Positions 47,212 through 57,135 of a stretch of 64,000 nt of DNA are shown one piece after another. The position numbers and the translations under genes are program-made. The notes below the pieces were generated by a model. That model was not told the origin of the DNA and ran no database searches. It saw nothing but the letters and a program-made list of their open reading frames with translations. The stretch is from Terriglobia bacterium (GTDB taxonomy: Bacteria > Acidobacteriota > Terriglobia > Terriglobales > Acidobacteriaceae). Position 1 is the stretch's first letter; each line of letters starts with the position of its first letter. The stretch lies in assembly GCA_020072645.1 (NCBI GenBank), contig JAIQGK010000013.1:89809-153808 (forward strand). The letters are read 5' to 3'.

Positions 47212-50013
47212 ATGAATAGTTTCGGCAGCCGCTCAAAATTGCGCGCCGGCAATCAGGAATATGAAATCTACCGTTTAGACGCGCTGGAAAAGCATGATTG
47301 TGCCCCGCAGCGCCTCCCCTTCTCATTGAAAATCCTTCTGGAAAATCTTTTGCGTGCCGAAAATGGCCGCAGCGTCACCGCGAACGACGTGCGTTTTCTC
47401 GCCGGATGGAAGCCGCAGGCCGTGCCCGACAAAGAAATTGCATTCACCCCGGCGCGCGTGCTCATGCAGGATTTTACCGGCGTGCCAGCCGTTGTCGATC
47501 TAGGGGCCATGCGCGATGCCATGAAGAAGATGGGCGGCGATCCCACACTGATCAATCCGCTGCAGCCCGCGGAACTGGTAATTGACCATTCTGTGCAAGT
47601 AGATGAATTTGCCACAATCGGCGCATTCGCCGTGAACGCGCAGCTGGAGTTTGAGCGCAACAAAGAGCGCTATGCCTTTCTGCGCTGGGGCCAATCGGCG
47701 TTCCGTAATTTCAAAGTGGTTCCGCCGGACATGGGAATCGTCCACCAGGTGAACCTGGAATATCTGGCGCGCGTGGTCTTCTCTGAAAAACGCGACGGCA
47801 CTACCGTGGCGTATCCTGACACGCTGGTAGGCACAGACTCGCACACTACCATGATCAACGGTCTGGGCGTTCTGGGCTGGGGCGTTGGCGGCATTGAAGC
47901 CGAGGCCGCCATGCTGGGCCAGCCTGTTTCCATGCTGCTGCCTCAGGTTGTGGGATTCAAGTTGAAAGGCCAGTTGCGTGAAGGATCCACGGCCACCGAT
48001 CTTGTCCTCACTGTCACGGAGATGCTGCGCAAGACCGCCGTGGTAGGAAAGTTTGTGGAGTTCTTTGGCCCCGGCCTGTCGTCATTGCCGCTGGCTGATC
48101 GCGCCACCATTGCCAACATGGCTCCGGAATATGGCGCTACCTGCGGCATCTTCCCTGTGGACGAAACAACGCTTGGTTATCTGCGCACCACGGGACGTCC
48201 CGCCGACCAGATTGCGCTGGTGGAAACCTATTGCAAAGAACAAGGCTTGTTCCACACGGCGCAAACACCGGACGCCGAGTATTCGCAGGTCGTGGAACTC
48301 GACTTGAGCACTGTGGAACCGAGCGTTGCCGGGCCACGGCGGCCGCAGGACCGCGTTCTGCTTTCCAAGACCAAAGAATCGTTTGAAGCGGCGTTGCCTA
48401 CTTTGATCGGTCCGCGTCCCGCGCAACCAGCGCGCAAAGTTGCTCCACAGCAGGTAGAACGGTTTGAAGGTGAAGGCGGCACGCCGGTAGCCTTGGCGGA
48501 AGATCCCAACGCTCCTGCGGCACATAAAGATGTGGGAGACAATGTTTTTGAGTACCTGCATGATGGCTCCGTGGTGATTGCTGCCATTACAAGCTGCACC
48601 AACACGTCAAATCCTTCAGTCATGATGGCCGCTGGGCTCTTGGCAAAAAAGGCCGTGGAAAAAGGCCTGAAGCGCAAACCCTGGGTAAAGACTTCCCTTG
48701 CTCCCGGCTCGCGCGTGGTTACGGAGTACTACCGCAATGCGGGACTCATTCCTTATCTGGAAAAGCTTGGCTTCCACGTTGTGGGCTATGGCTGCACAAC
48801 GTGCATCGGAAATTCCGGCCCGCTGCCGCAGGATGTTTCCTACGCCATCGCGGAAAAACAACTGGTCGCCGTTTCGGTGCTTTCCGGCAACCGCAACTTT
48901 GAAGGCCGCATTAATTCTGAAGTTCGCGCAAATTACCTGATGTCACCACCACTGGTGGTGGCGTATGCGCTGGCTGGGCGGATTGATCTTGATCTCACCA
49001 ATGATCCAATAGGCACTGGCACCGGGGACAAGCCGGTTTATCTGCGCGATATATGGCCTACGCAAAAAGAAGTGCAGGACGCGGTGAGCCACTCCATCAA
49101 TTCCGGCATGTTCACCACGAATTACCAGACGATTTTTGATGGCGACCAGGAATGGAAACGGCTGTCTGTCCCCGAAGGCGAAACCTATGTCTGGGACAAC
49201 GATTCCACTTACATCAAACGCGCGCCGTATTTTGACGACATGCCGGCACGTCCTGCGCCAGTGAAGGAAATCAAAGGCGCGCGTGTGCTGGCGAAGCTGG
49301 GCAATAGCGTAACCACCGACCATATTTCTCCCGCAGGATCAATCAAAGCAAACAGCCCGGCGGGAAAATATCTTCAGGAACATGGCGTGCCGCCGAGCGA
49401 CTTCAACTCTTACGGCTCGCGCCGCGGCAACCATGAGGTGATGGTGCGAGGCACATTTGCCAACGTGCGCCTGCGCAACCAGCTCGCGCCGGGCTCGGAA
49501 GGCGGCATCACCAAGCACTTCCCCAGCGGCGAGATCATGTCGATCTTTGACGCTTCTGTAAAGTACATCGCCGCGGGCGTGCCGACGATTGTGCTGGCGG
49601 GCAAGGAATATGGATCGGGATCGTCACGCGACTGGGCGGCCAAAGGTCCGCTGCTGCTGGGCATCCGTGCCGTCATCGCCGAAAGCTATGAGCGCATACA
49701 TCGGTCGAACCTCGTGGGCATGGGCATTCTGCCGCTGCAGTTCCTTGCGGAAGAAAACGCAGAGTCACTGGGGCTGCAAGGCGATGAAGTTTTTGAGATC
49801 GTTGGTTTGCCCACGCTGCTGGCCAGCAAGTTTGCCAATGGAAAGCAGGTGCAAGTCAGGGCAACCAGTGCTGACGGCAACGTGAATGAATTCAGTGCGC
49901 TGGTGCGTATCGATACGCCGCAGGAGATTCTTTACTATGAGCACGGCGGCATTCTGCAATATGTGCTGCGGCAGCTGCTGGCGACAAAAGGAAAGAGCTC
50001 GGCCGCAGATTAG
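47212..50013 (+). CDS. acnA: aconitate hydratase A
   Basis: 933 aa with [51 protein letters not shown] and SGNRNFEGR. Confidence 0.96.
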   Translation: MNSFGSRSKLRAGNQEYEIYRLDALEKHDCAPQRLPFSLKILLENLLRAENGRSVTANDVRFLAGWKPQAVPDKEIAFTPARVLMQDFTGVPAVVDLGAMRDAMKKMGGDPTLINPLQPAELVIDHSVQVDEFATIGAFAVNAQLEFERNKERYAFLRWGQSAFRNFKVVPPDMGIVHQVNLEYLARVVFSEKRDGTTVAYPDTLVGTDSHTTMINGLGVLGWGVGGIEAEAAMLGQPVSMLLPQVVGFKLKGQLREGSTATDLVLTVTEMLRKTAVVGKFVEFFGPGLSSLPLADRATIANMAPEYGATCGIFPVDETTLGYLRTTGRPADQIALVETYCKEQGLFHTAQTPDAEYSQVVELDLSTVEPSVAGPRRPQDRVLLSKTKESFEAALPTLIGPRPAQPARKVAPQQVERFEGEGGTPVALAEDPNAPAAHKDVGDNVFEYLHDGSVVIAAITSCTNTSNPSVMMAAGLLAKKAVEKGLKRKPWVKTSLAPGSRVVTEYYRNAGLIPYLEKLGFHVVGYGCTTCIGNSGPLPQDVSYAIAEKQLVAVSVLSGNRNFEGRINSEVRANYLMSPPLVVAYALAGRIDLDLTNDPIGTGTGDKPVYLRDIWPTQKEVQDAVSHSINSGMFTTNYQTIFDGDQEWKRLSVPEGETYVWDNDSTYIKRAPYFDDMPARPAPVKEIKGARVLAKLGNSVTTDHISPAGSIKANSPAGKYLQEHGVPPSDFNSYGSRRGNHEVMVRGTFANVRLRNQLAPGSEGGITKHFPSGEIMSIFDASVKYIAAGVPTIVLAGKEYGSGSSRDWAAKGPLLLGIRAVIAESYERIHRSNLVGMGILPLQFLAEENAESLGLQGDEVFEIVGLPTLLASKFANGKQVQVRATSADGNVNEFSALVRIDTPQEILYYEHGGILQYVLRQLLATKGKSSAAD

Positions 50014-50070
50014 CGCAGATGGACGCAGATCAGGCTTGGCCGCGAATCAACGCGAAAGAACGCGAATCAG
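50004..50070. repeat. phased-heptamer array (family B): two triplets starting at the acnA stop codon
   Basis: cgcagat at 50004, 50014 and 50024, and cgcgaat/cgcgaaa/cgcgaat at 50041, 50051 and 50061. The period is exactly 10 nt within each triplet. This is the reverse-complement arrangement of 11824-11892. Confidence 0.85.
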
Positions 50071-50128
50071 GACTTAAGGTGAAGGAGGATTTTTGCGGTG
50101 ATGGCAAGTCGGCATATTGCTGCGTTCT

Positions 50129-50311
50129 TTATTCCTTAGTCGATTCTTGATTCGCCTCTGACAGGATCTGCCATAAGGCCTTGCCGTAATCGACAATTTG
50201 TTTGCGGCCGCATTTGGGGCACTGATATTCGCGCATGTCGCGGCCTGTGAACGTGGTCCTTTCGATCTGATCCATTTCAACAGCGCAGTCAGGGCAGGTA
50301 GTGTCAGACAT
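50129..50311 (-). CDS. small zinc-ribbon protein (60 aa)
   Basis: CPDC...N25...CPKC pairs (MSDTTCPDCAVEM...YQCPKCGRKQ). Confidence 0.55.
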   Translation of the reverse strand: MSDTTCPDCAVEMDQIERTTFTGRDMREYQCPKCGRKQIVDYGKALWQILSEANQESTKE

Positions 50312-50429
50312 GGCTTAAGTCTAAAATATTTGCAGGATGATTCGCTGCGTGTGCTGACGAACAGCGGTTAAATGCTATATCCTCACTGTCTGGCTTTTTA
50401 AGCTCTTCTGGTAATACTCTTTCTTATCT

Positions 50430-51707
50430 ATGAAGGTCCTGGTAATTGGCGGTGGAGGCAGGGAGCACGCGCTGGTGTGGAAGCTGCGCCAGTCGCCGCG
50501 CGTGTCGCAGGTGTATTGCCTGCCCGGCAATGGCGGCATTTGTGATGAAGCCACCTGCATGCCGGGCGACCCCAAGAGTCTGGCCAGCCTGCTTTCTGTC
50601 GCGCACCAAATCCAGCCGGACTTAACTGTGGTCGGGCCGGAGATTGCGTTGTCCATTGGCGTGGTGGATGAATTCAAGCGCCGCGGCCTGAGGATTTTTG
50701 GTCCCACGCAACGCGCGGCGCAACTGGAAACAAGCAAGAGCTTTGCCAAGGAATTCATGCAGCGGCACAAGGTGCCAACCGCGCACTTTGCCGTGTGCAC
50801 TTCAGAAGAAGATTTGCGCAAGTCTTTGGGTCTGTTTTCCACGCCTGTAGTAGTCAAGGCCGATGGTCTTGCCGCCGGCAAAGGCGTGGTGATTGCCGCA
50901 ACCAAGGAAGAAGCTGCCGTCGCAGGCGTCTCCATGTTCAACGGCAAACTACTGGGAATGCCGGTGGCCAACGTGGTGCTGGAAGAATTTCTTGAAGGCG
51001 AGGAAGTTTCCTTCCTGGTGTTGAGCGATGGCGAGCGCATGGCCGCGCTGGTGCCGGCGCAGGACCATAAACGCATAGGCGACGGCGATAAAGGCGCAAA
51101 CACCGGAGGCATGGGAGCTTACTCCACGGGCGCGCTGCTCGAAGAAGGCATGAGCGACTGGCTGCTGAATCATATTGCCCGGCCCGTGATCGACGGCATG
51201 AAATCAGAGGGAGCGGAGTATCGCGGCATTTTGTATTGCGGCCTCATGATGACCGCGCGCGGGCCCATGGTGCTGGAATTCAACTGCCGCTTTGGCGATC
51301 CGGAAACACAGGCCGTGCTGATGCGGCTGGATAGTGACCTGTTGGACGCGATTGAGGCCGCGGTGGAAGGGCGCGTGAGCCCCGGCGAATTCAAATGGTC
51401 CAGTGATGCCTCGTGTTGCGTAGTCGTCGCTTCAGGCGGATACCCGGGAAGCTATATGACGGGGAAACAGATTTCCGGCCTGGACCGCGCGGGTACTTTG
51501 ACCAATGTGAAGGTCTTCCATGCGGGTACCAGCAAGCGCGATGGAGTTTTCTATACCAGCGGCGGACGTGTGCTGGGCGTAACGGCGCGAGCGCCGCGTT
51601 TGGAAGATGCGATCACCCGCGCGTATGAAGCCGTGCGGCTGATCAGCTTTGAAGAAATGTACTACCGCAAAGATATCGGCGCACGAGCGTTGAAAGCGCC
51701 GAAATAA
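50430..51707 (+). CDS. purD: phosphoribosylamine-glycine ligase
   Basis: MKVLVIGGGGREHALVWKL..., an ATP-grasp core and GYPGSY. Confidence 0.95.
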   Translation: MKVLVIGGGGREHALVWKLRQSPRVSQVYCLPGNGGICDEATCMPGDPKSLASLLSVAHQIQPDLTVVGPEIALSIGVVDEFKRRGLRIFGPTQRAAQLETSKSFAKEFMQRHKVPTAHFAVCTSEEDLRKSLGLFSTPVVVKADGLAAGKGVVIAATKEEAAVAGVSMFNGKLLGMPVANVVLEEFLEGEEVSFLVLSDGERMAALVPAQDHKRIGDGDKGANTGGMGAYSTGALLEEGMSDWLLNHIARPVIDGMKSEGAEYRGILYCGLMMTARGPMVLEFNCRFGDPETQAVLMRLDSDLLDAIEAAVEGRVSPGEFKWSSDASCCVVVASGGYPGSYMTGKQISGLDRAGTLTNVKVFHAGTSKRDGVFYTSGGRVLGVTARAPRLEDAITRAYEAVRLISFEEMYYRKDIGARALKAPK

Positions 51708-51730
51708 AACTCACAGGAAAAATAACTTTT

Positions 51731-52243
51731 ATGGCAGAGAGCCCTCTTGTATCGATAGTGATGGGATCGGATTCCGACCTTGAGATCATGAATGAAACCG
51801 CCAAAGCGCTGGATGACTTTGGCATTGCCTATGAAATCGACGTAACCTCGGCGCATCGTTCGCCCGCGCGGACTTCAGAATTTGCGCGCAACGCCGCCGG
51901 ACGCGGCGTTAAGGTCATCATCGCCGGAGCAGGCGGCGCGGCCCATCTGGCGGGCGTGATTGCCGCCGAAACAACCTTGCCTGTAATCGGCGTGCCCATC
52001 CCTTCTACACCGCTGAATGGCATGGACTCACTGCTGGCCATCGTTCAGATGCCTGCGGGCATTCCGGTTGCGACCACCGCAATCGGCAAGGCTGGCGCGA
52101 CGAATGCGGGAATCCTGGCCGCGCAGATTATAGGGCTCAGCAATGCCACCATTGCCGGCAAGCTGAAAGAGATGAAGGGCAAACTGGTGAAGAGCGTGGA
52201 AGAGAAATCACAGAAGCTGCAGCAGATGAGGAAGCGTGGCTAG
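51731..52243 (+). CDS. purE: 5-(carboxyamino)imidazole ribonucleotide mutase
   Basis: VSIVMGSDSDLEIM...VTSAHRSP...IIAGAGGAAHLAG. Confidence 0.95.
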   Translation: MAESPLVSIVMGSDSDLEIMNETAKALDDFGIAYEIDVTSAHRSPARTSEFARNAAGRGVKVIIAGAGGAAHLAGVIAAETTLPVIGVPIPSTPLNGMDSLLAIVQMPAGIPVATTAIGKAGATNAGILAAQIIGLSNATIAGKLKEMKGKLVKSVEEKSQKLQQMRKRG

Positions 52244-52710
52244 TGGGCCATTGGGTTGAATGCCTAGTCTACAAAGGCGGGGATCGTAATCCGTTGCTGC
52301 CTTCCTTGAAGGCAGCACGATTGGTCCACCTGAAGCATGGTTTTGTAGCCGTTCCGATAGATCAAAAACTATTGGATGAATTTCGCGCTTCATACAAAAC
52401 GGTCGGAACTCAGGAAGACGCGATTTGGGGCGAAATTGAACCTGATCCCGTACCCACTTCTTTGCTGGAAGCGATCGCTCAGCATCATTCGATTGCCTAT
52501 ATTCGAACAAGATATTTTGGCGGGGATGGCGAGCAAGTAGCTGGTATTTGGGAAAATGGACAAATAGCAATGGGGCCTTTGATAAGTGCAACTCCGGGAC
52601 CGATCAACGCGGTCCTCAAGAAAATGGGAGTTCCTCTGGATGCTGGCGCCGTAGATGAGTTTGATTCCCTTGGCCTTGGCAGATATCGAAGCGTTGAAGA
52701 CTTCAAATGA
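52243..52710 (+). CDS. hypothetical protein (155 aa), translationally coupled to purE
   Basis: The GTG start shares a nucleotide with the purE TAG (TAGTG). Lower GC by eye. No domain recognised (contains RTRYFGGDGEQVAGIWENG). Confidence 0.5.
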   Translation: MGHWVECLVYKGGDRNPLLPSLKAARLVHLKHGFVAVPIDQKLLDEFRASYKTVGTQEDAIWGEIEPDPVPTSLLEAIAQHHSIAYIRTRYFGGDGEQVAGIWENGQIAMGPLISATPGPINAVLKKMGVPLDAGAVDEFDSLGLGRYRSVEDFK

Positions 52711-52749
52711 AGAATTTGGACTTAAATTCTGAGGAATAGGTCATCATCG

Positions 52750-53487
52750 ATGCCAGATGCCTTTAGCGCCGTCGCCATTATTCCTGCACGACTGGCTTCC
52801 ACGCGGCTGCCGCGCAAAGTGCTGCGCGAAATCGCCGGGCAGCCGATGATTGCGCGCGTGTATGAAGCGGCCAAGCAATCTCCTTTGCTGCAAGACGTGA
52901 TTATCGCTACGGATTCAGAAGAGGTGATGCGATTTGCGCAGGCGCGGGGATGGAAGGCGCAAATGACATCGGACAAGCATCGCAGTGGCACTGACCGTGT
53001 CTATGAGGTGGCGCAGCGCATTCCCGCCGACGTGTATGTAAATATCCAAGGCGATGAACCTCTGGCTCGCCCTGAGCATCTGGGCGCGTTGTTACAGCCA
53101 ATGCAGGATCCCAAGGTGATGGTCTCTACTATCAAGACGCCGTGCCCGCCGCAGGATGTTGATAATCCCAACGCGGTTAAGGTTGTGACGGACTTGAATG
53201 GCCGCGCGCTTTATTTTTCGCGATCGACGATTCCTTTTGATCGCGACAAGACCGGCGGCATCAGCTACTTCAAGCATCTGGGCTTTTATGCCTACCGGCG
53301 TGCCGCGTTGGATCGGTTCTGTAACTTGCCGGAGTCGAAGCTGGAAGCGGCGGAGCGGCTGGAGCAATTGCGATTTCTGGACAACGGAATCGACATTTAT
53401 GTGGCCGAGACGCCGTTCAATACAGTGGGCGTGGATACAGAAGAAGACTTGCGCAGAGTGGAAGAGATGCTGCGGAGTGGACAGTAG
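52750..53487 (+). CDS. kdsB: 3-deoxy-manno-octulosonate cytidylyltransferase
   Basis: AIIPARLASTRLPRKVL..., VNIQGDEP and GVDTEEDL. Confidence 0.93.
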   Translation: MPDAFSAVAIIPARLASTRLPRKVLREIAGQPMIARVYEAAKQSPLLQDVIIATDSEEVMRFAQARGWKAQMTSDKHRSGTDRVYEVAQRIPADVYVNIQGDEPLARPEHLGALLQPMQDPKVMVSTIKTPCPPQDVDNPNAVKVVTDLNGRALYFSRSTIPFDRDKTGGISYFKHLGFYAYRRAALDRFCNLPESKLEAAERLEQLRFLDNGIDIYVAETPFNTVGVDTEEDLRRVEEMLRSGQ

Positions 53488-53488
53488 A

Positions 53489-53544
53489 AAATCCAGCCGC
53501 GAATCAACGCGAAATACGCGAATCATTTCATCTGATTCGTGTTC
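53489..53544. repeat. family B inverted-repeat element directly after the kdsB stop
   Basis: cgcgaat/cgcgaaa/cgcgaat at 53490, 53500 and 53509, opposed by attcgtg/attcgcg at 53527 and 53537. It can fold into an imperfect hairpin. Confidence 0.8.
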
Positions 53545-53575
53545 ATTCGCGGCAAGTTTTCCTGCGGAAGTTGAA

Positions 53576-54730
53576 CTATGTAGCCAAACTGGGCCGATGG
53601 CTCTTGGCCCAGGCTTCAGCCGCCGCAATGCGTTTGGAAACAGGCGGGTGGGAATGGAACAGCAATTCCACCAGCCGCGAAGGATGGCTTTCACTCAGGT
53701 TCTGGCGCGCCAGCTTTTCCATGGCGCTAATGTACGGCGTAACGTCAGAGACGCATTTCCAGCAATAAAGGTCGGCCTGGCGCTCAGTGAAGCGCGAGTA
53801 GGCGTTGAGGGCCGGCATCAGCAGCAACGAAAGTCCGCTGGCGACAAGCGCGAGCAGCGGCAGGTTGGCAAAGTCTGCCAGATGCTGGAACATGTGCTGC
53901 TCGTCAATGGCATAACGCAGCACGTAATTCGCCGCCCAGAAACCTGCCAGCGTGACCAGCGCCTGCACCACGATCATCTTTACCATGTGGCCGTGCACGT
54001 GATGTCCTAGTTCGTGGGCCAGCACGGCTTCAATTTCATCGTCGCTGTAGTTTTGCAGCAGCGTGTCCGCCAGGATGATGCGGCGGGTATTGCCGAGCCC
54101 CGTGAGCGCGGCATTGGCTTTTTTACTCTTTTCCGAAAGCTTCCATTCGTAGACGCCGCGCACGCGCGTGCCGGCACGCTCACCCAGCCGCATGAGGCGG
54201 GCTTTGAGTTCGTCATTCTGCAAGGGAGCAAATTTGTAAAACAGCGGGAACAGGACCACCGGCGCAATCTGCGCGAAAAAGACAAACAAGCCCATGAAGA
54301 TCAGCCAGCCGATAATCCACCAGTACTGCGGCGACGTGCGGATAAGAGCGTAGACGATCTCAGCCAGCACGGTTGCCATGATCAATCCCAGGAACCAGCC
54401 TTTGAATTCGTCCTTAAGCCATGAGAACAAGCGCTGGCTGGAAAGGTTGAAGCGGTGCTCCAGACGGAAGCCGTAGAAATCCAGCGCAAAGCCAAGTGCC
54501 TTGCTGATCACGCTTAGAAACATCACGTAGTAAAACAAGTCCAGCCAGTAGCGATCGGGGGCCATACGGGTGGCTAAGCCGCTGAGCGTTTTCGTCCAAC
54601 CCGTGGCAAGCAGCACGATGAGGAATCCAAAGCTGACGCCCAGATCGCCAAGCTCAAGCCAGCGGCGCTGGCTGTTATATTCGCGGACCTCGGGCGTATC
54701 AGGTTGTGTATTGCCGCCGGCGAGGGTCAT
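53576..54730 (-). CDS. M48 family (Ste24/HtpX-like) membrane zinc metalloprotease
   Basis: 384 aa, multi-TM, with an HExxH motif (LAHELGHHVHGH) and a downstream glutamate region. Confidence 0.88.
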   Translation of the reverse strand: MTLAGGNTQPDTPEVREYNSQRRWLELGDLGVSFGFLIVLLATGWTKTLSGLATRMAPDRYWLDLFYYVMFLSVISKALGFALDFYGFRLEHRFNLSSQRLFSWLKDEFKGWFLGLIMATVLAEIVYALIRTSPQYWWIIGWLIFMGLFVFFAQIAPVVLFPLFYKFAPLQNDELKARLMRLGERAGTRVRGVYEWKLSEKSKKANAALTGLGNTRRIILADTLLQNYSDDEIEAVLAHELGHHVHGHMVKMIVVQALVTLAGFWAANYVLRYAIDEQHMFQHLADFANLPLLALVASGLSLLLMPALNAYSRFTERQADLYCWKCVSDVTPYISAMEKLARQNLSESHPSRLVELLFHSHPPVSKRIAAAEAWAKSHRPSLAT

Positions 54731-55431
54731 GGCTTTTGTTGCTCCTGCTTAAACTCCAGGGTAACGAATTGTGCTGGTCCCTTGCCGCTGCTTAGGGCCA
54801 CATATGGAGTACCGGCGGGGATCCATGTGATATCGCCGACTGCTCGGTGAGTGGTTTTGGCGGCGCCACCACCCAGCAGGCTAAGATCCATATCCGAGAC
54901 AGCCACGAAGAGAAGCGGTGAAGAACTCGCTGGCTCTTCCATTCGGCCTGAAGAGGGCACGCGATCCAATGACGCGCGCCACTGGTTTGAAGAATAGCGC
55001 AGGGTAGTTGAAGGGCCCGCCTTGGGACCAGACAAACAATCGATCTGGCACGGGGCGACGCCGCTTGACGGCTTCAGCAACTCAATGGTGATGTTGTGAA
55101 ACGGACTCTCGCTCTGGTTGATGGCTGCATGAGCGAAGTTTCCGGGTGTAAATCGGACTTCTCCATCCTTGAGTTTCAACGCTACCGGCTTCTCGCCCGG
55201 ACGCACGCTCACCACGTCTGAGTCGCCCAGCGTCACAAAAAGATAGTCATAATTGTGCTTATGGACCAGCGTTGTTGCATGAGGTGCAACCGTCACATCG
55301 AACACGCGCACGTATTCGTTTTGAAAAACCAGGTGATGGCTGGGCTCAGATGTGATCTCCACGGACTGTTGATGCTGGGCCAAAGCGGCTGAAGCCAGAA
55401 ACAACAGGCCCGCGACGCGGGACTTTCTCAT
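54727..55431 (-). CDS. secreted bicupin-like protein, paralog 2
   Basis: The track ORF (to 55686) is trimmed to the ATG at 55431, because the upstream part translates the 99-bp repeats. Signal MRKSRVAGLLFLASAALA, then VEITSEPSHHLVFQNEYVRVFDV..H.H..DYL.VTLGDS, shared with 55708..56496. Confidence 0.75.
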   Translation of the reverse strand: MRKSRVAGLLFLASAALAQHQQSVEITSEPSHHLVFQNEYVRVFDVTVAPHATTLVHKHNYDYLFVTLGDSDVVSVRPGEKPVALKLKDGEVRFTPGNFAHAAINQSESPFHNITIELLKPSSGVAPCQIDCLSGPKAGPSTTLRYSSNQWRASLDRVPSSGRMEEPASSSPLLFVAVSDMDLSLLGGGAAKTTHRAVGDITWIPAGTPYVALSSGKGPAQFVTLEFKQEQQKP

Positions 55432-55477
55432 ATAAAGATTGTAAAAACAACGGGATTTACCCGCAAGGCTTTGTTTC

Positions 55478-55675
55478 TGTCGCTTCGCTCCAAACCGCTC
55501 AAGTTCCTTCTCGCCTTGAGTTCGTGCTGCACCCGTTGCACGCAGCTCGCCGCCACTCGGGGCTCGCTGCTTTTTTTGTCGCTGCGCTCCAAACCGCTTT
55601 AAGTCCTTCTTGCCCTTTAGCTTGCACTGCACCTGCCGCGGGCCGCTCGCCGCGCAAGTCGGGCTCGCGGTTTTT
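55478..55675 (+). repeat. family D element, two tandem ~99-bp units between the cupin paralogs
   Basis: Unit 1 starts tgtcgcttcgctccaaaccgct at 55478. Unit 2 starts tgtcgctgcgctccaaaccgct at 55577. Each ends in a GC-rich segment followed by a T-run. Confidence 0.85.
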
Positions 55676-55707
55676 GCTAGTAGCAAGCAGCCAGCGGCTA
55701 GCAGCTC

Positions 55708-56496
55708 TTAGTGGTGGTCGTGCGGTTTCGGCGCATCCTTGGACTGCGGCCCCATTGATTCTGATCCTTCTCCGGCAGGGCGGCCGCGGAATTCCAGCAC
55801 AATCGTCTTCGCGGTAGTTTTCCCGGAATTCGTTACCGTGTGGACCACGGGATTATTCCACGTGAGCTCACCTGTCTTGGAGTGGACTGGAGCATCTGGC
55901 TGGTCCTGGTTTTTCATGGTTACATCCGCGTCAGTGAGCGGAATGGTAAGGAAATTCGCCAGATGCGTGTGCTGCGGATATTTTGCGCCCGGGGGCAGCG
56001 TGATCTGAGTGACCGACCATTGATCGGCGGTAATGAGCTTTGTCACAGTCACGCATTTGGTTTTGTCCGCGGAGTCGCAGGGCACAGGAATTTCGCAGGA
56101 TTCGGTACAAGCTTTCTGGTTCGTGGTGGGCTGCAACAATTCAATCGTCCGATTATGGAACGGAGCGCTGGCGTTATTGGTGATTGCATGCACCAGACCG
56201 GCCGGCGTGAAGCGGGTATCGCCGTCTTTCAAAGTGACCTGCGCTGGCTGCGCGCCCGGTTTCGTATTCGTGATCTGGGAGTCACCCAGCGTAACGCCTA
56301 GATAGTCATGGCCATGGTGGTGCATCAAGGTCGATTTTCCGGGATCGACAGCGACGGCAAAGACGCGAACAAACATGTTCTCAAACACAAGGTGATGGCT
56401 GGGTTCAGAAGTGATTTCCACGGGCGCTTGCGCCTGCTGCGTCCAGGCGGTCAACGCAAGAACGGCAAACAGAGTCACGATTGAAAGTTTTCGCAT
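55708..56496 (-). CDS. secreted bicupin-like protein, paralog 1
   Basis: 262 aa with a signal peptide, VEITSEPSHHLVFENMFVRVFAV...HHHGHDYLGVTLGDS, a second cupin-like half, and a His-rich tail (PKPHDHH). Confidence 0.8.
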   Translation of the reverse strand: MRKLSIVTLFAVLALTAWTQQAQAPVEITSEPSHHLVFENMFVRVFAVAVDPGKSTLMHHHGHDYLGVTLGDSQITNTKPGAQPAQVTLKDGDTRFTPAGLVHAITNNASAPFHNRTIELLQPTTNQKACTESCEIPVPCDSADKTKCVTVTKLITADQWSVTQITLPPGAKYPQHTHLANFLTIPLTDADVTMKNQDQPDAPVHSKTGELTWNNPVVHTVTNSGKTTAKTIVLEFRGRPAGEGSESMGPQSKDAPKPHDHH

Positions 56497-56580
56497 AGAA
56501 AAGCATTCTAGACGCGGGTCGCACGAATGCCAATGGAAACCATCGAGCCGCTAAAAAATCAAAGGCCAGAGTTAAGACGA

Positions 56581-56949
56581 CTAAGGAATGCGTGGAAGCC
56601 CGCGGCGCAAGTCCCTGCCAATGCGGCGCTGGTGCCACAGACGCAACGGACGGGAATAATTGATGATGCCGAAAGCGGCGATGGCCGCCATGAGCAAGAC
56701 ACTGCTGATGATCAGGAAGACGCGCGCGGCGCCGGTCTGCGCCACCTGCAGGATGACGAGCGCATTGCGCGGCGTCAACAGCATGGATGCCGCAAGAGCC
56801 AGCATGCCGACCCCAGCCAGCAAGCCAGTCACATTTTTCGCCCAGCGGCCTGTGGCGTGATACTCCGCAAAGAGGTTGAATCCGTAGGAGATCAGAAGTG
56901 CTATGACGATGAAATTCGCCACAATCGCTATCCAAGATTTTGCGTCCAT
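56581..56949 (-). CDS. hypothetical small membrane protein (about 4 TM)
   Basis: 122 aa of clean TM helices. The two overlapping alternative ORFs (56405..56968 minus, 56527..57069 plus) are R/H/Q-rich junk. Confidence 0.6.
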   Translation of the reverse strand: MDAKSWIAIVANFIVIALLISYGFNLFAEYHATGRWAKNVTGLLAGVGMLALAASMLLTPRNALVILQVAQTGAARVFLIISSVLLMAAIAAFGIINYSRPLRLWHQRRIGRDLRRGLPRIP

Positions 56950-57135
56950 AACTTTTGGTTGGAAGCATTGGGCATGGCGGGGGTTGTGAAGCTCTGGATT
57001 AAGACGGCTTCTGTATCTCCGAGGCGAGCTTCTCGCTTTAAATCACTCAGCTGCTGCCTCATAATCTAAAGCGTCCGCTTCACAATATTCATTTCTTCAA
57101 TCCTTCGTTTCTTTTTCGTTGCATCCCTCACCAAG

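Noticed and set aside
50004-50070. Whether the short phased repeats (family B) are CRISPR arrays.
   Set aside because: The units are 7 nt on a 9-10 nt period, with only three per set and no unique spacers of 25-40 nt. No cas genes are in the window. This is not a CRISPR architecture.
55432-55686. An N-terminal 85-aa extension of the cupin ORF (track ORF 54727..55686).
   Set aside because: The extension is a translation of the tandem 99-bp repeats (duplicated KRFGA.RQK strings). A proper signal peptide begins at the internal ATG at 55431.
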